Part shown: positions 26,505 to 39,700 of the stretch, one piece after another
Layout of the letters: every line of letters starts with the position of its first letter
How positions within the stretch are numbered: position 1 is the first letter of the stretch
Assembly (NCBI GenBank): GCA_038087875.1
Contig: JAXLNO010001599.1
Coordinates: 124,001-188,000, forward strand
DNA length: 64,000 bases
Source: Malacoraja senta
Taxonomy: Eukaryota
Direction: 5' to 3'
Position numbers and translations under genes: made by a program
The notes under the pieces: generated by a model
What the model was told of the DNA's origin: nothing
The model's input: only the letters and a program-made list of their open reading frames with translations
Databases searched by the model: none

Positions 26505-26557
26505 ATAGCTGGCTTTTGAATACTGGGGTGCAGGAACCTCGCTGACAGTGACTTCAG
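26505..26557 (+). CDS. IGHJ: JH segment, possibly pre-joined D-J (…LAFEYWGAGTSLTVTS)
   Basis: WGxG motif, LTVTS end, phase-1 donor CAG|GTAAG at 26558. Confidence 0.95.
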
Positions 26558-29500
26558 GTAAGACCAATTCGTCAATTCCATTTTACCCAGTTGTGTTTTA
26601 TTAATTTATGGTCTTTGCGAATTCTGTAATTGACCTGAACTCGGTGAGATATTTGGAACAATTGCACGGATTTCCCGGAGACAGGCGGGTTTCTCCAGAG
26701 TTAGAATCTACCCAGCAACAGTACATTTCCCACCACGTTGAACTGCCCCACAGTATGTTCTTTCCCTGAGTCTCGCCATCATCTGCCTTCAGTCCATCTT
26801 GTGCATGCCGACCAAGCTGGCTTTCTGGGCTCGTCCCATTGGCCACATATCCTTCTCATCCATTTACCGGATTTATTTGATAATCGTAATTCTATCTGTT
26901 TTTATAGTTCCCTCTGGCAACTCATTCCAGATACTGCCGACCCAATGTGAATAAAAATGCCCCTGAAGTCCCCTTTTAAATCTCTCCCCACGCACCTTAC
27001 GCCTGTGCCCTCTTGTTTTAGAAACTCTATCCTGGGAAAAAGCCTGTGAGTGTGCACCTTATCCATGCCCCTCGTGATCTTGTTCATCTCAATAAGGTTG
27101 CCGCCTAGTGTCCTTTGTTCCATAGAAAGAAACCCCCACCTTATCCTCCCTCTCCCTAAAACAGAACCCCACATGTCCAGACATGTGGAGGAGGACTGGC
27201 CAAATGTTGTGCCTTCCACCACAGTGATGAATGCTGTGGTGGATGTTTGTGTTAAATTTATATTGTGTTTTGTGTGTTCTTTTTCATTGTACCGCTGGGG
27301 GCAAATTCATTTCACTTGCACTTTATGTGCAGGTGACGAATAAAACTGATTGTATTGTATTGATTGTATAATATCTTGTGGTGAATCTTTTCCAAGTCCT
27401 TCCCAATATAATGACATCCTTCCTGTAGCTGGTGACCAGAACTGCACACAGTACTAACTCCAAGTGTGGTCTCACCAATGACTTGTACAGCTGCATCATC
27501 ATGTCCCAACTTTTATACTCAGTACCCTTCCCATTGAAGGCTGTCTGCCAAAAGCCACCCCAGCTCCCTGTCCACTTAACTCGCCACTCTCAGCGAACCA
27601 TGCCCCTGCATTTCCACATCTGTCTGTTCTACAACACTCTCCAGGCTCTACCATTTACTGTGTAAGTCCAGCCCTGGTTTGATCCACCAAAGTTCAACCC
27701 CCCCCTCACTTGTCAGAGTTAAATTCCATTTGGTATTCCTTGGCTCCCCTTCCCAACTGATGTAGATCTTCTTGTAAACTTATCCTTCTCACTGTCCACT
27801 CATGCACTGATTTTGGTGTAATCTGCAAACTTACTATCAATGTCCACTATATTTTATGGCAAACTGTTAATGTAGATAACCAACAACAGTGGTCACAGCA
27901 CTGACCCCTGCAGCAGTCCACTTCCTCCAAGCTAATTTAGCTCATGTGGGTTTCATGTGATCTAACCTTCCACGCCAGCCCACCATGCCAGACCTTGTTG
28001 AACCTTATCAGGTTCATGAGGCACAATTTCCCCAACACAAGCCATGCTGTCCCTAATCCTTGGCCCACCCTCCCAAGTGATCTAGATCTTGTAAACTTAG
28101 GACTATCCCTAATCAGTCCATGCCTATCCAAATACTGGTAGTTCCTGTCCCTAAGGACATTCCCATCAATGATGTTAGGCTCACTGGTGTAGATCCCTGG
28201 CTTGGCCCTAATGTCCTTCTTCAATTACACTTCAGTATCAGCCACCCTCCAGTCTTTTTGGAGATTAATCTGCCTGTTTCCATACTATTAATCTATGACT
28301 CTATGACTCCAGTACCTGCTCCCACAAAGCGATCCCATCAAACACATCCAGGGCAGACAGAGCATGAGTCAAATGCAGAATAAATCTCCCCGTGTCACTG
28401 TGCTGTCAGCTACAGATTAGATACAAAATTCCATCTGTCCTGTCCCAATGCTCCCAAGGAAGGGACAGCACAGGTTAGACAAGGAGTGAGGCTCCCTCCA
28501 ACCTGTCCCCACACACACCCAGATTACAGGTTAGTCACTGGGTGAAGTTCCCTCTACACTGTCCCCACACACACCCAGGGTACAGGTTAGTCACTGAGTG
28601 AAGTTCCCTCTACACTGTTACATACTCCCAGTGCAGGGACAGAGTGTTTGACACAGAATCAAGCTCCCTCTACATTGCTCTGTCAAACAATCCTTGTGTA
28701 AATGCTTCAGAACACACAACATTCTCTAGATTGTAAAACAAATTGATGCTGGTTCAAAAACAAAGGTTCACAATAATGAACGATTTGAACATAATGAGAG
28801 AATGTTGTACATGGTTCTACATGTGGGTTTTAGTACATCTGGTTTTCTTTGCGTCTTGTATTGAATTTCAACATTTAGAGATCCTTAGTAAGTCAATACC
28901 TTTTATTCTTCATTGTGAATTCACTGATGTGCGTAGTTTAGATTCTGAGTCAAGTTGTTTGGTGTTTTTGACGTGAGTTTTGCTTCACAAAAGAACTGCT
29001 TTTTCCCAGGTCACAGATGGAGGAATTAACTCTAATTACCTGCCCTCCTCCATCAGCCGACTGGGTTTGTCCAACAAGTGTTTTGCTCCATTAACCAGGG
29101 CTGCTGGTGTCTCAGTGAATCTCAGTGGTCATTCACAGAGCATCTTTCATGGTGTCCCCAAGCGCTTCACAGGCAGTGAGGCATGTTCACAATAGAGCCG
29201 TGTTGTAAAGGAGGGACTGTGGATCCACTCTGCACACAGCAGAATCGGCAAACTGCTGGTGAGGGGGAAATGTTGTCCCAGACACCACAGATACAGTGAC
29301 CCAATGGACAGGCATCAGGCTGCAATCAGACCCCAGTTTAATTCCGCAACAACTGTGGAATTTAAACTCTGTTCATAATCTGGGACAGATTGGACCTGTG
29401 TCAGATTTTTAATAACCTGGATTTTGTGCACTAATCCACAGTAATGATGACCTCTCAGTTTCCCTGCTGTCCCTCAGCGAAGGAGATCTATTGTCCTTAC

Positions 29501-29586
29501 CCAGTCGAGCCTATTTCTGACCCAGCAATGCAATTGGCACTAAATGCCCCCAGGATGGCAACCCAGACGGGCAGTTTATTGCCCCT

Positions 29587-30172
29587 CCTCACCCCAGCAC
29601 ACTACTGTGCCTCCCAGCATCCTGCTCCTCACCCCAGCTCCTCACCCCAGCACCCAGCTCCTCACCCCAGCACCCAGCTCCTCACCCCAGCACCGAGCTC
29701 CTCACCCCAGCACCCAGCTCCTCACCCCAGCACCCAGCTCCTCACCCCAGCACCCTGCTGCTCACCCCAGCACCCTGCTGCTCACCCCAGCACCCTGCTG
29801 CTCACCCCAGCACCCTGCTGCTCCACCCCAGCACCCTGCTGCTCCACCCCAGCACCCTGCTGCTCCACCACAGCACCCTGCTGCTCCACCCCAGCACCCT
29901 GCTGCTCCACCACAGCACCCTGCTGCTCCACCCCAGCACCCTGCTGCTCCACCCCAGCACCCTGCTGCTCCACCCCAGCACCCTGCTGATCCACCACAGC
30001 ACCCTGCTGCTCCACCACAGCACCCTGCTGCTCCACCACAGCACCCTGCTGCTCCACCACAGCACCCTGCTGCTCCACCACAGCACCCTGCTGCTCCACC
30101 ACAGCACCCTGCTGCTCCACCACAGCACCCTGCTGCTCCACCCAGCACCCTGCTGCTCCACCCCAGCACCCA
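29587..30172. repeat. C-rich tandem minisatellite, 20-bp units grading into 21-bp units
   Basis: CTCACCCCAGCACCCAGCTC and CTCACCCCAGCACCCTGCTG units to about 29820, then CCACC(C/A)CAGCACCCTGCTGCT units. Confidence 0.95.
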
Positions 30173-32488
30173 GTTGCCAGTATGATGTGTTTTCCAGACC
30201 CTGACCCACCTCCTGACCATATTAGGAACATTGATCCAAATTAAACTGCACTCATCACCTGCTGATCCCGGGATGGAAAACACTGTGAGCTGCAAATCTC
30301 TCCGCCTGACATTATCGAGCCTTCTGCATGAAACACTCGGCAGCTCAGTCAGCATCTGTGGGGAGAGAAGCAGAATCACCCTTTCACTTCAGTGCTCTTT
30401 CATCAAACTCTTTCAGTACAGTTTCTGACAACCACGCTATTTCCACTTCTATTTGCTGGGTTTTTATTTTGTTGAAGGTTTCCACAACCCCAGGACATCT
30501 CAAAGCATTTCCCAGCCCATTAATAACTCAGAGACATAGTCATACAGCACGGAAACAGGCCCTTCAGCTCAGCTCGTGCAAGGCAGCCTGATGCCCCATG
30601 TATGCTAGTCCCACTTGCCCATGGTGACCTCATATCCTCTAATCCTTTCCTATCCATGTATCTGTCCAAGTGTCTTTTAAATGCTGTTATCGTACCTGCC
30701 TCAACTGTTTCCTCTGGCAGCCTGTTCCATGTACCCACCACCCTGTGTATGAGAAAGTTCCCCACACATTCCCATTAAATCTTGTTCCTCTCATCTTACA
30801 CCTATATCTTGATTCCCCTATCCTGTGTAAAAGACTGCATTCACCCTATCTATTCCCCTCATGGTTTTATACACCTTTATAGGATCACTCTTCTGCCTTC
30901 TAGAGGTATAAAGGAGTAAAGTCCGAGCCTGCCCTACTTTTCCCTCCAGCTCAGGCCCTTGCGTCCTGGCAACATTCTTGTAAATCTTCTCAGCACTCTT
31001 CTAGCCTAATGATACCTTTCCTAGAGTAGCTTGATGAAAACTCAACATTGTATTCCAAATTCAGCTTCACCGATTTCTTGTAACACTCTAGTACAACATC
31101 CAACGTCTGAACAGTAAACCCTCATTTTAACGGACCATGGTGTGGGGGGATAGTATCCGTTATTGCAGAATGTCCGCTTTAAACGAGTAAGGTTTTATCC
31201 ATGTATGTAGTTGAAACAAATAATGCAGATGCTGGTTAATACACAAAAGACACAAAGTGCTGGAGTAACTGGTCAGGGAGCATCTCTGGAGAATATCGAT
31301 AGGTGAGGTGGGGACTCTTCTTCAGACTGATTCAGTTTACTGGGTTACTCAAACACTTTGTGTTGTTTCACCTTAAAACCAGGCGCCATTGCCTCTGCTC
31401 TGCACCAGCGAGTCCTTCTTCATCCACCGCACGGTCCGGTGACATGGCTGTGGTTGTGGCTCACATTGTAGCCTCTGGCTGGCAGTGCTTTCTTCAGGCC
31501 GCTGCCACTGACAGGGTGCACGCTCACCATGGGGCACCCTCTCCTCTCACCAGCTGCTGCTTCCAAGGTGCAGTATGTTGGTGACTCCAGGGAGAAGGAG
31601 GAGGAGATGGCGGTGGAGGGGGGAGGGGGAAGAGGCTGAGTGGACAGAGCGAGGGGAGGACGAGGGGCAGATGGCGGTCGAGCAGGGAGTGGACAAAGTG
31701 AAGAGCCGACAGGTTGAAGCAGCAGCAGGTGGGAGGGGAGGGAGCCTCATGGTGACCAAGCACGTCCTGTCGAGGACAGCAGCTTGAAGAAAGCGCTCAT
31801 CTCGGGGGCTCCGTGAGCCGCAACAACAGCAGCATCACGGACCATATGGTGGTGGGTGAAGAAGGGCTCACTTGCGAGTCAGGGGTGGAGTTGGAAGCCG
31901 GGGCTCTAAGCGGTCAAGATCCATGCGTGCAAGGGTGCTATCAGCAGGTCCGTCCGCTATATCCAAAATCTGTTATAAAGGGGTCCGTTAAAATGAGGGA
32001 TTACTGTCTATTAATTCCCTGACTCATGAAGAGCTTTTTTTTACCTATTTACCTGTGACAACGCTTCCTGGGATCTGTGTACCTGTACTCCAAGATCCCT
32101 TAGTTGTACAACACTCCCTGGGGCCCAGCGTGAGGAAGGTCCACAACAGGCCAGATCCAGCACCATTTGGCCCCGTGGTTGTGGATATGGTCCATCTGGC
32201 ACCGTACCATGTGCTTCCTGACCTGGGACACATCACCCACAGCACAGGCCGGTTTGTCCCTCTGGTTGGTAGAAGTTGCCTCCCCAGTGGCCAGTGTGAG
32301 ATCAGCATTTCACTGCTTGGTCATGCATGGTGTGAAAGGGATTGGGAAAGGAACCATTTCTCTGCTCTGCCTGACCATCTCTCAGCCTGAATCACCTGCA
32401 TTTACTGAGCAATCAGCATGAACCTGTTGCACATGCTGGTAATAATCCATTTACTACAGAACCAACTGTTACTTTATTTACATTTCAG

Positions 32489-32797
32489 ATATTAAGACCT
32501 TGCCTTCAGTCCACATCACATCTTCCTGCAACACAGAATCTGGCCAAGAGGTCAGCCTCCTCTGTCTGGTCAAGGACTACCAGCCTGAGATCATCACTCA
32601 GACATGGTCCACCAGCAGTGGGGACATCACCACTGGAATCACTAAGTACCCACCAGTGTTGGGACAAAACAACAAGTACACAATGAGCAGCTTGCTGCGA
32701 GTCCCTGTGGCAGATTGGAACAGGAATAACGTCTACTACTGCAAGGCAGGATTCAAGCAGGACAACATGGTGAGAACGGAGATCCAGAAGCCTCAAG
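32489..32797 (+). CDS. IgW: IgW CH1 exon (DIKTLPSVHITSSC...LLCLVKDYQP...YYCKAG...EIQKPQ)
   Basis: Acceptor TTTCAG, 309 nt, C1-set Cys/Trp/Cys, N-terminal extra Cys for light-chain linkage, phase-1 donor G|GTTAG; resembles skate IgX CH1 from recall. Confidence 0.95.
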
Positions 32798-33993
32798 GTT
32801 AGTGTGAGATTTTGTTGTCCATTTAAAGCTGATAATTGAACTGAAGTGGAAGCCTTTGCCGAACAATGTAGGAGGAAGCGAATTACTTATTTTGCTCATT
32901 CATTCTCCTCCTATCAGCTAGAGTGCTGCACAAGGAAAAAGACAGTGAGAATTTATGTGGAAGGAGATAATGGTTGGTGGGGGAGGGGGGTGATTCACGG
33001 AGGAAGCATCTCATCTTGATCTGCCTCCATTCTATCCACTGCTTTGTCTAATTCCTGCAGCTCTCTCCCACCCCAAACACCTCCCTGCAGATCAGCTGCT
33101 GTGCACAGAGCCACACCTATTGTGCACAGTGTGGAGATTTAAACCTTCCTCACTCTTCCTGCACTTTCCCCTCAACCCTGCAGCCGACCCCTCACCAAGT
33201 GAAATCCAGTCTCCTTGTGGAAATGACATGAATCTGCTTCCACTCTCACTTTTAACCACTGCCTTCCAGTTCTGATCAAATCATTGCTGTCATAACAAAA
33301 TAAGTTTCTCGTCCATCTGACCTCCTTTCCCATTAAACTTAAAGTTGTGTCAGAAGGAACTGCAGATGCTGGTTTCAAGTGAAGATAGACAGCTGGAGTA
33401 ACTCAGCGGGTCAGACAGCATCTCTGGAGAAAAGGAGTTGGTGACGTTTTGGGATGAGACCCTTCTTCAGACTGAGAGTCAGTGAAAGGGAAAAGAGAGA
33501 TATATACGGTGATATAGAGAGATATAGAACTAATGAATGAAAGATATGCAAAAAAGTAATGCTGATAAAGGAAACAGGCCATTGATAGCTGTGGGCTAGG
33601 TGAAAACGAGTTACAGACAAAGTAGAGGTGAGGACAACTTAAAGTTGTGATTCCCAAACCTCCTGCCAGTAGAAACAGTTGTCTCATCTATTCCTCTGTC
33701 TGCTCCAGCACACACTGAGATCACAGATGGTCTGTACGCCACTTACTCACCTCCACCCTTACCACTGCAGAGTGGCCCACACTGCTGGGGAGGCCTGTGT
33801 TCTAACCCAGCCTCCCAATCACAGCTCTGACCAGCACCTCACTGTGGGACCCACCGTATCAACACATCACCGGCATATCACCTGCATTGTGGGGAGGGCT
33901 GGTACTGGGGCACTTGTCCCAGATGCTGGGAGAGTGGAATCCTACACTGTGGCTGAAGGAATCATGTTATAACAGATATTTTATATGTTGCAG

Positions 33994-34302
33994 CTTCTAG
34001 AGCTCCACAGCTCATCCCACTTGTTCCATCTCCGGAGGTTCTTCACAATCAAACAATTGCTGTCCTGGGCTGCATGATATCCGGATTCTCTCCTGACAAT
34101 ATTAAAGTTTCCTGGAAAAAAGCTGGACTTAATCAAGCGGGTGTCATTCTCCCGTCCACTCCGGGAACTAATGGTGGATTTGAAACAGTTGCTTACCTGC
34201 CGTTGCGTGTTGAGGAATGGACCAACAAACAGGAATATACTTGTGAAGTGACCCACGCGCCTTCCGGCTTCAGCGACAGGATCAACATGAGATATCAAGA
34301 GG
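33994..34302 (+). CDS. IgW: IgW CH2 exon (ASRAPQLIPLVPSP...LGCMISGFSP...YTCEVTH...MRYQE)
   Basis: Acceptor TTGCAG, 309 nt, C1-set motifs, donor G|GTGAG. Confidence 0.95.
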
Positions 34303-34758
34303 GTGAGTGGTGTCTGTTAATTTACTTACAGTATTAAACAATCTTACTGACATTTCCACCAAATTCCTGTCCCTGAGATCAGTCCTGTTGCGGTGTATTA
34401 TGTTCAGATTTGGCTTTTTGTAATTTAAGCCAATGCTTTCCATCAGTAATTCTAACTCATTCTACAGGACATGTAGAGAGGAAGGTCACCAGTGTGTTTA
34501 CTCTCACTCCTCTGGTTGCCTTTGTGTGCAGTGGTAAGAAAAATGGGACAGTGAATAAACCACCGGTCCCATTCGATATCTGGAGAAGATCTCTCTTCCC
34601 TTCTCACTGTCTTCTTTATGTTAGTTTGTCCAAATTCATCTTTTTCCACTGTTTCCTGAGTGTTCTGTATAGACAATAGGTGCAGGAGTAGGCCTTCGAG
34701 CCAGCACCGCCATTCAATATGATCATGGTTGATCATCCCCAATCAGTACCCCGTTCTT

Positions 34759-36609
34759 TTTTTTTTTTTATTTATTTTTTTTCTTTTTTTTCTCTTGCTT
34801 TTTTTGAAAGAAAAAGAAAGAAGTAAGAAAAGTGAAGAAAGTGCGCAAAGGTTGTGAAGTGCAAAAGAGTGTTGGGAAAAGAAAGCCCCTTAGAAAAGAA
34901 GTTAGAGAAGGAAGTAAAGTTAGAAAATAGACCCTAGAAAAGAAAGAGAAAGAAAGAAGGAACAATCGCTCTATTATAACTCTTATAACATACTTCATAG
35001 AGAAGGAACTACCAACCAAGTCTGTTTTTGTTTTACCTCCCATTACCAGGTCCAGATACCTTTTATTTATTTATTTGTTTTTCTAAATTACTATTGCACC
35101 TCATGCTTGTAATAGGTCCAAAAACGTAGACCACGTCTTTTGAAATTGGTCTACTTTGCCTACTAGGAGGAATCTCATCTCTTCCAGATGTAATGTTTCC
35201 AACATATTTGATGTCCACATTTTTATTGTTGGTGTGGGCGCATTTTTCCAGAATTTAAGTATAAGCTTTTTTCCCATTATTAGCCCATAATTGAGTAAAT
35301 TCTTCTGATACACGTTTAATTCAGGAATACCTTCCGATATTCCAAAAATAATCCATTCTGGTTTTGGTACCAGTTTTATTTTGATTAATTTTGAAAAAAT
35401 ATCAAATATTTCAAACCAGAATTTTTGGATTTTTGTACAAAAAACAAAAGAATGTGCTATGGTAGCTTCTTGACATATACATTTATCACAGATTGGTGAG
35501 ACGTTAGGAAAGATTTTATTTAGTTTGGTTTTTGAATAATATAATCTATGTAATGTTTTAAATTGGATAAGCGTATGTCGTACGTTGATCGAGCATTTAT
35601 GCACCTGTAATAAATGATTATCCCAACTCTCTTTTGAAATTTTTATACCTAGATCTTGTTCCCAATCTCTTCTAATTCCATCTGTTGTGGGTATTTCTAT
35701 GTTTAAGATGATATTATATAAGTATGATATTAAATTAACTGATTCCGCCTTTGTCTTCATTGCTTCATCTAGTAAGTCGGAAGGCATATTATAATAATCT
35801 TTTGTGTGTGTTTTCAAATAGTCACAGATTTGTAGATATTTAAAATATTGATTATTTTTCAAATTATATTTCAGTTGTAGTTGTTGGAATGATAGTAATT
35901 TTTCTAATTCATACAGATCTTCGAGCGTTTTGATTCCCATTCTTTTCCATTGTATAAATGATTTATCTATGATTGAAGGTTTAAACGATGGGTTATTGAC
36001 TATTGGTATTAAGAGAGATAGGTTTCTTAATTTTAGATTCTGTTTTATTTGCTTCCATGTTCTAATAGTGCTATATATAATTGGATTTTTATTATAATTT
36101 TTATTATTCAAATTTATTGGAGAGAGAATAATCGCTCCTATATTATTCGGGGAGCAATCCCCTTTTTCCATTATAATCCAGTCCACCTGCTGGGCAGAAT
36201 TGTCCAGCAGGTGAATCATATTTTTAATATTTACTGCCCAGTTATAATACATAAAGTTAGGGAGCGCTAGACCCCCCAACTCTTTTCGTTTGTTAAGGTG
36301 TGTTCTTTGTATTCTGTGGGATTTGTAATCCCATATAAAATTTGTAATGTCCGAGTCCAGTTTTTTGAAAAACTTTTTTGGGAGATATATAGGTATTGAT
36401 TGAAATAGGTAAAGGATTTGTGGTAAGAAAATCATTTTTATAGCATTTATCCTACCTATTAAGGACATCGGAAGTGTTTTCCAAAATTTAATCAAATTAT
36501 TTAATTTCTTAAGTAGGGGATTATAATTAGCTTTAAACATATCATGGTAATTTCTAGTAATCTCAATTCCTAAATATTTGAATTTTTCCATAGCTATTTT
36601 AAAAGGGAA
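34759..36609 (-). mobile_element. 5'-truncated L1-clade LINE with poly(A) tail and target-site duplication
   Basis: About 500 open codons of ORF2 C-terminus (KYLG, RINAIKM, CCHC-like CDKC...HSFVFC), T-run at 34757-34790, TSD AGTACCCCGTTCTT at 34745-34758 and 36610-36623. Confidence 0.9.
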
Positions 36610-36735
36610 AGTACCCCGTTCTTGCCTCTCCCCATATCCCCTGACTCCGCTATCTTTAAGAGCCCTATCTTGCTCTCTCTTGAAAGTATCCAGAGAATCG
36701 GCCTCCACCGCCCTCTGAGGTAGAGAATTCCACAG

Positions 36736-39700
36736 TACAAGATGGGCGGCCAGGAGATGTGCCAATACTGTGAGATGTGGGAATTTGTCGACACCATTGA
36801 TGTAGATGGTGTAGATGATCCCTACAGCTGCAGTAAGTGTTTGAGGCTAGCGGAACTCGAGCTCCGCATTGAGGAGCTGGAGACCCAACTTCATACGCTG
36901 CGGTACATCAGGGAGGGGGAGTATTACCTGGATGTTTTGTGCCAGGGGATGGTCACACCGACCAGTTTAACTAATTCAGTAGTGAGTGAGCAAGGAAAGG
37001 AAGGTGTGGCCATAAGCGAGGCAGGTAGGGGGAACCAGGAGGAGATGCGGCAGGAGCCACAGCCCTTGTTCCTGACGAGCATGACCGAGGCTCTTACTCA
37101 ATGTGAGGACGGGATCAGGGGCTGTGGGAGGGATGAGCAACCTGGCTGCAGCACCGTGGATCAGGGGGACATTCAAGAGGGGGAGTTAGAAGAAATGCCG
37201 TTGTGATAGGGGATAGTATTATTCGGGGGGTAGATAAGGTTCTCTGCGGCCAGCAGAACATGTCCCGAAGGCTGTGTTGCCTACCCGGTGCTAGGGTTAA
37301 GGATATCTCTGCGATGCTGGAGAGAAACTTGCAGAGGGAGGGGGAGGATCCAGTGGTCGTGGTCCATGTGGGGACCAATGACATAGGAAGGACGAGGAAG
37401 GAGGATCTGCTGAAGGAGTTTGAGCAGTTAGGGAATAAATTAAAAAGCAGAACCTCGAGGGTACTGATCTCCGGATTGCTACCTGAGCCACGGGCCAAAT
37501 CGGCGAGAGTACGTAAAATTAAAAAGCTGAATGCGTGGCTCAAAGACTGGTGTGGGAAAAATGGGTTTGGTTTCTTGGGCCACTGGCACCAGTACTGGGA
37601 CGGGGGGATCTGTTCTGTAAGGACGGACTTCACCTGAACGGTGCTGGGACTGGGGTCCTGGCAAATCATATAACTAGGGCAGTAGAGAGGTCTTTAAACT
37701 AAGTAGCGGGGGGGGAGGTATCAAGGGTGGTAATAACGGCAGGGGTAGAGGAAATAGAGCAGGGTATCAGTGGGGAAACAGAAAATCAAAATGTGACAGG
37801 AGGATCCAGAATGTGTGAAGATAAAGCTCTAGATGTAAAAGAGGCAAAAACAGAAAGGAAGGGTAGTAAAAATCATCTGAAAGTGCTGTATCTAAATGCA
37901 CGGAGTATTCGAAATAAGATAAATGAATTAACGGTGCAATTAAGTATATATAGTTATGATATCGTGGCCATTACGGAGACATGGCTGCAAGGGGATCAGG
38001 ACTGGGAGTTAAATATAGAGGGGTACTCGACAATTAGAAAAAATAGACAGGAAAGAAAGGGAGGAGGGGTGGCCCTTTTAATAAGGGAGGGAATAACAGC
38101 AATAGAGAGGAAGGATATTGCGTTGAAGGATCAGGATAGTGAAACAGCTTGGGTACAGATAGAGAATAACAAGGGGAAAAAAACACCAGTGGGTGTAATT
38201 TATAGACCTCCAAATAGCTGTGACGCTGTTAGTCAGAACATAAATCTGCAAATAGTTGACGCATGTAAAAAGGGAACTGCTGTAATCATGGGAGACTTCA
38301 ATTTTCATATTAATTGGGCAAACCAAACTGGGCAGGGTAAACTAGAGGAAGAGTTTATAGAATGTATTAGAGACGGGTTCCTAGAACAGTATGTCACAGA
38401 ACCGACAAGGGGGGAGGCAATCTTGGATCTGGTCCTGTGTAATGAAGCAGGATTAATTAAAAATGTCATAGTTAGGGACTCGTTGGGAACAAGTGACCAC
38501 AATATGGTTGAATTCCATATTCAAATAGAAGGGGAGCAGGTTGAAACTCAGGCTAGGGTACTTAGTCTAAATAAGGGGGATTATGAAGGTATGAGGACTG
38601 AGCTGATCAAAGTTGACTGGGATAGCAGACTCAAGAATAAGACGGTACATGAGCAGTGGTGTACGTTTAAGGATCTACTGTATAACCTTCAAGAAAAATT
38701 TATTCCTATGAAGAAAAAAAGGGGTAAGGGTAAGAACAGTCAGCCATGGCTCAGTAAAACTATAAAGGATAGTATTCGGCTGAAGGCAAGGGCATATAAG
38801 GTAGCCAGAGATAGTGGGAGGGTAGAGGATTGGGAAGCATTTAAAGGTCAGCAAAAAATAACTAAGAGATTAATTAAGACGGGGAAAATAGACTATGAAA
38901 GGAATTTAGCGAACAACATAAAAACTAATAGTAAGAGTTTTTATAGCTATATAAAAAGAAAAAGGGTGGCTAAGGTGAACGTTGGTCCATTGGAGGGTGA
39001 GACTGGAGAGTTGTTGGTGGGGAACATGGAAATGGCAAAGGCATTAAACGAGTATTTTGTATCAGTCTTCACCATAGAAGACACAAAAAATATTCCAACG
39101 CTGGATAAACAGGGGGCGGTAGGAATGGAGGAGCTAAATACTATTAAGATCACCAAGGAGGTGGTATTAGGGAAATTAATGAGACTGAGGGAGGATAAAT
39201 CCCCTGGGCCTGATGGATTACATCCAAGGGTCTTGAGGGAGATAGCGGTGGGGATTGTGGATGCATTGGTGATAATTTTCCAAAACTCCCTGGAGGCAGG
39301 AACGGTCCCAGTGGATTGGAAAATGGCCAATGTAACACCTATATTTAAAAAAGGAAGTAAACAGAAGGCGGGTTAGTCTAACATCGGTGGTAGGTAAAAT
39401 GTTAGAGACAATTATTAAAGAAACACTAACGGGGCACTTGGATGGACATGACTTCATCGGACAGAACCAGCATGGTTTTGTGAAGGGGAAGTCCTGTTTA
39501 ACGAATCTGCTCGAATTCTTTGAGGAAGTAACAACCCGGGTGGATAAAGGGGAACCGGTGGATGTGGTATACTTGGACTTCCAAAAGGCTTTTGACAAGG
39601 TGCCACATAAGAGACTATTGCTAAAAATAAAAAATTATGGGATTGGGGGTAATATATTAGCATGGGTAGAGGATTGGCTAACAAATAGGAAGCAGAGTGG

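Noticed and set aside
28500-28660. Two to three ~60-bp direct repeats in the J-CH1 intron as a possible enhancer
   Set aside because: Short, degenerate, and without a recognisable factor-site cluster
29444-30379. Long Pro-, Gln- or Gly-rich ORFs on both strands
   Set aside because: They are translations of the stop-free minisatellite
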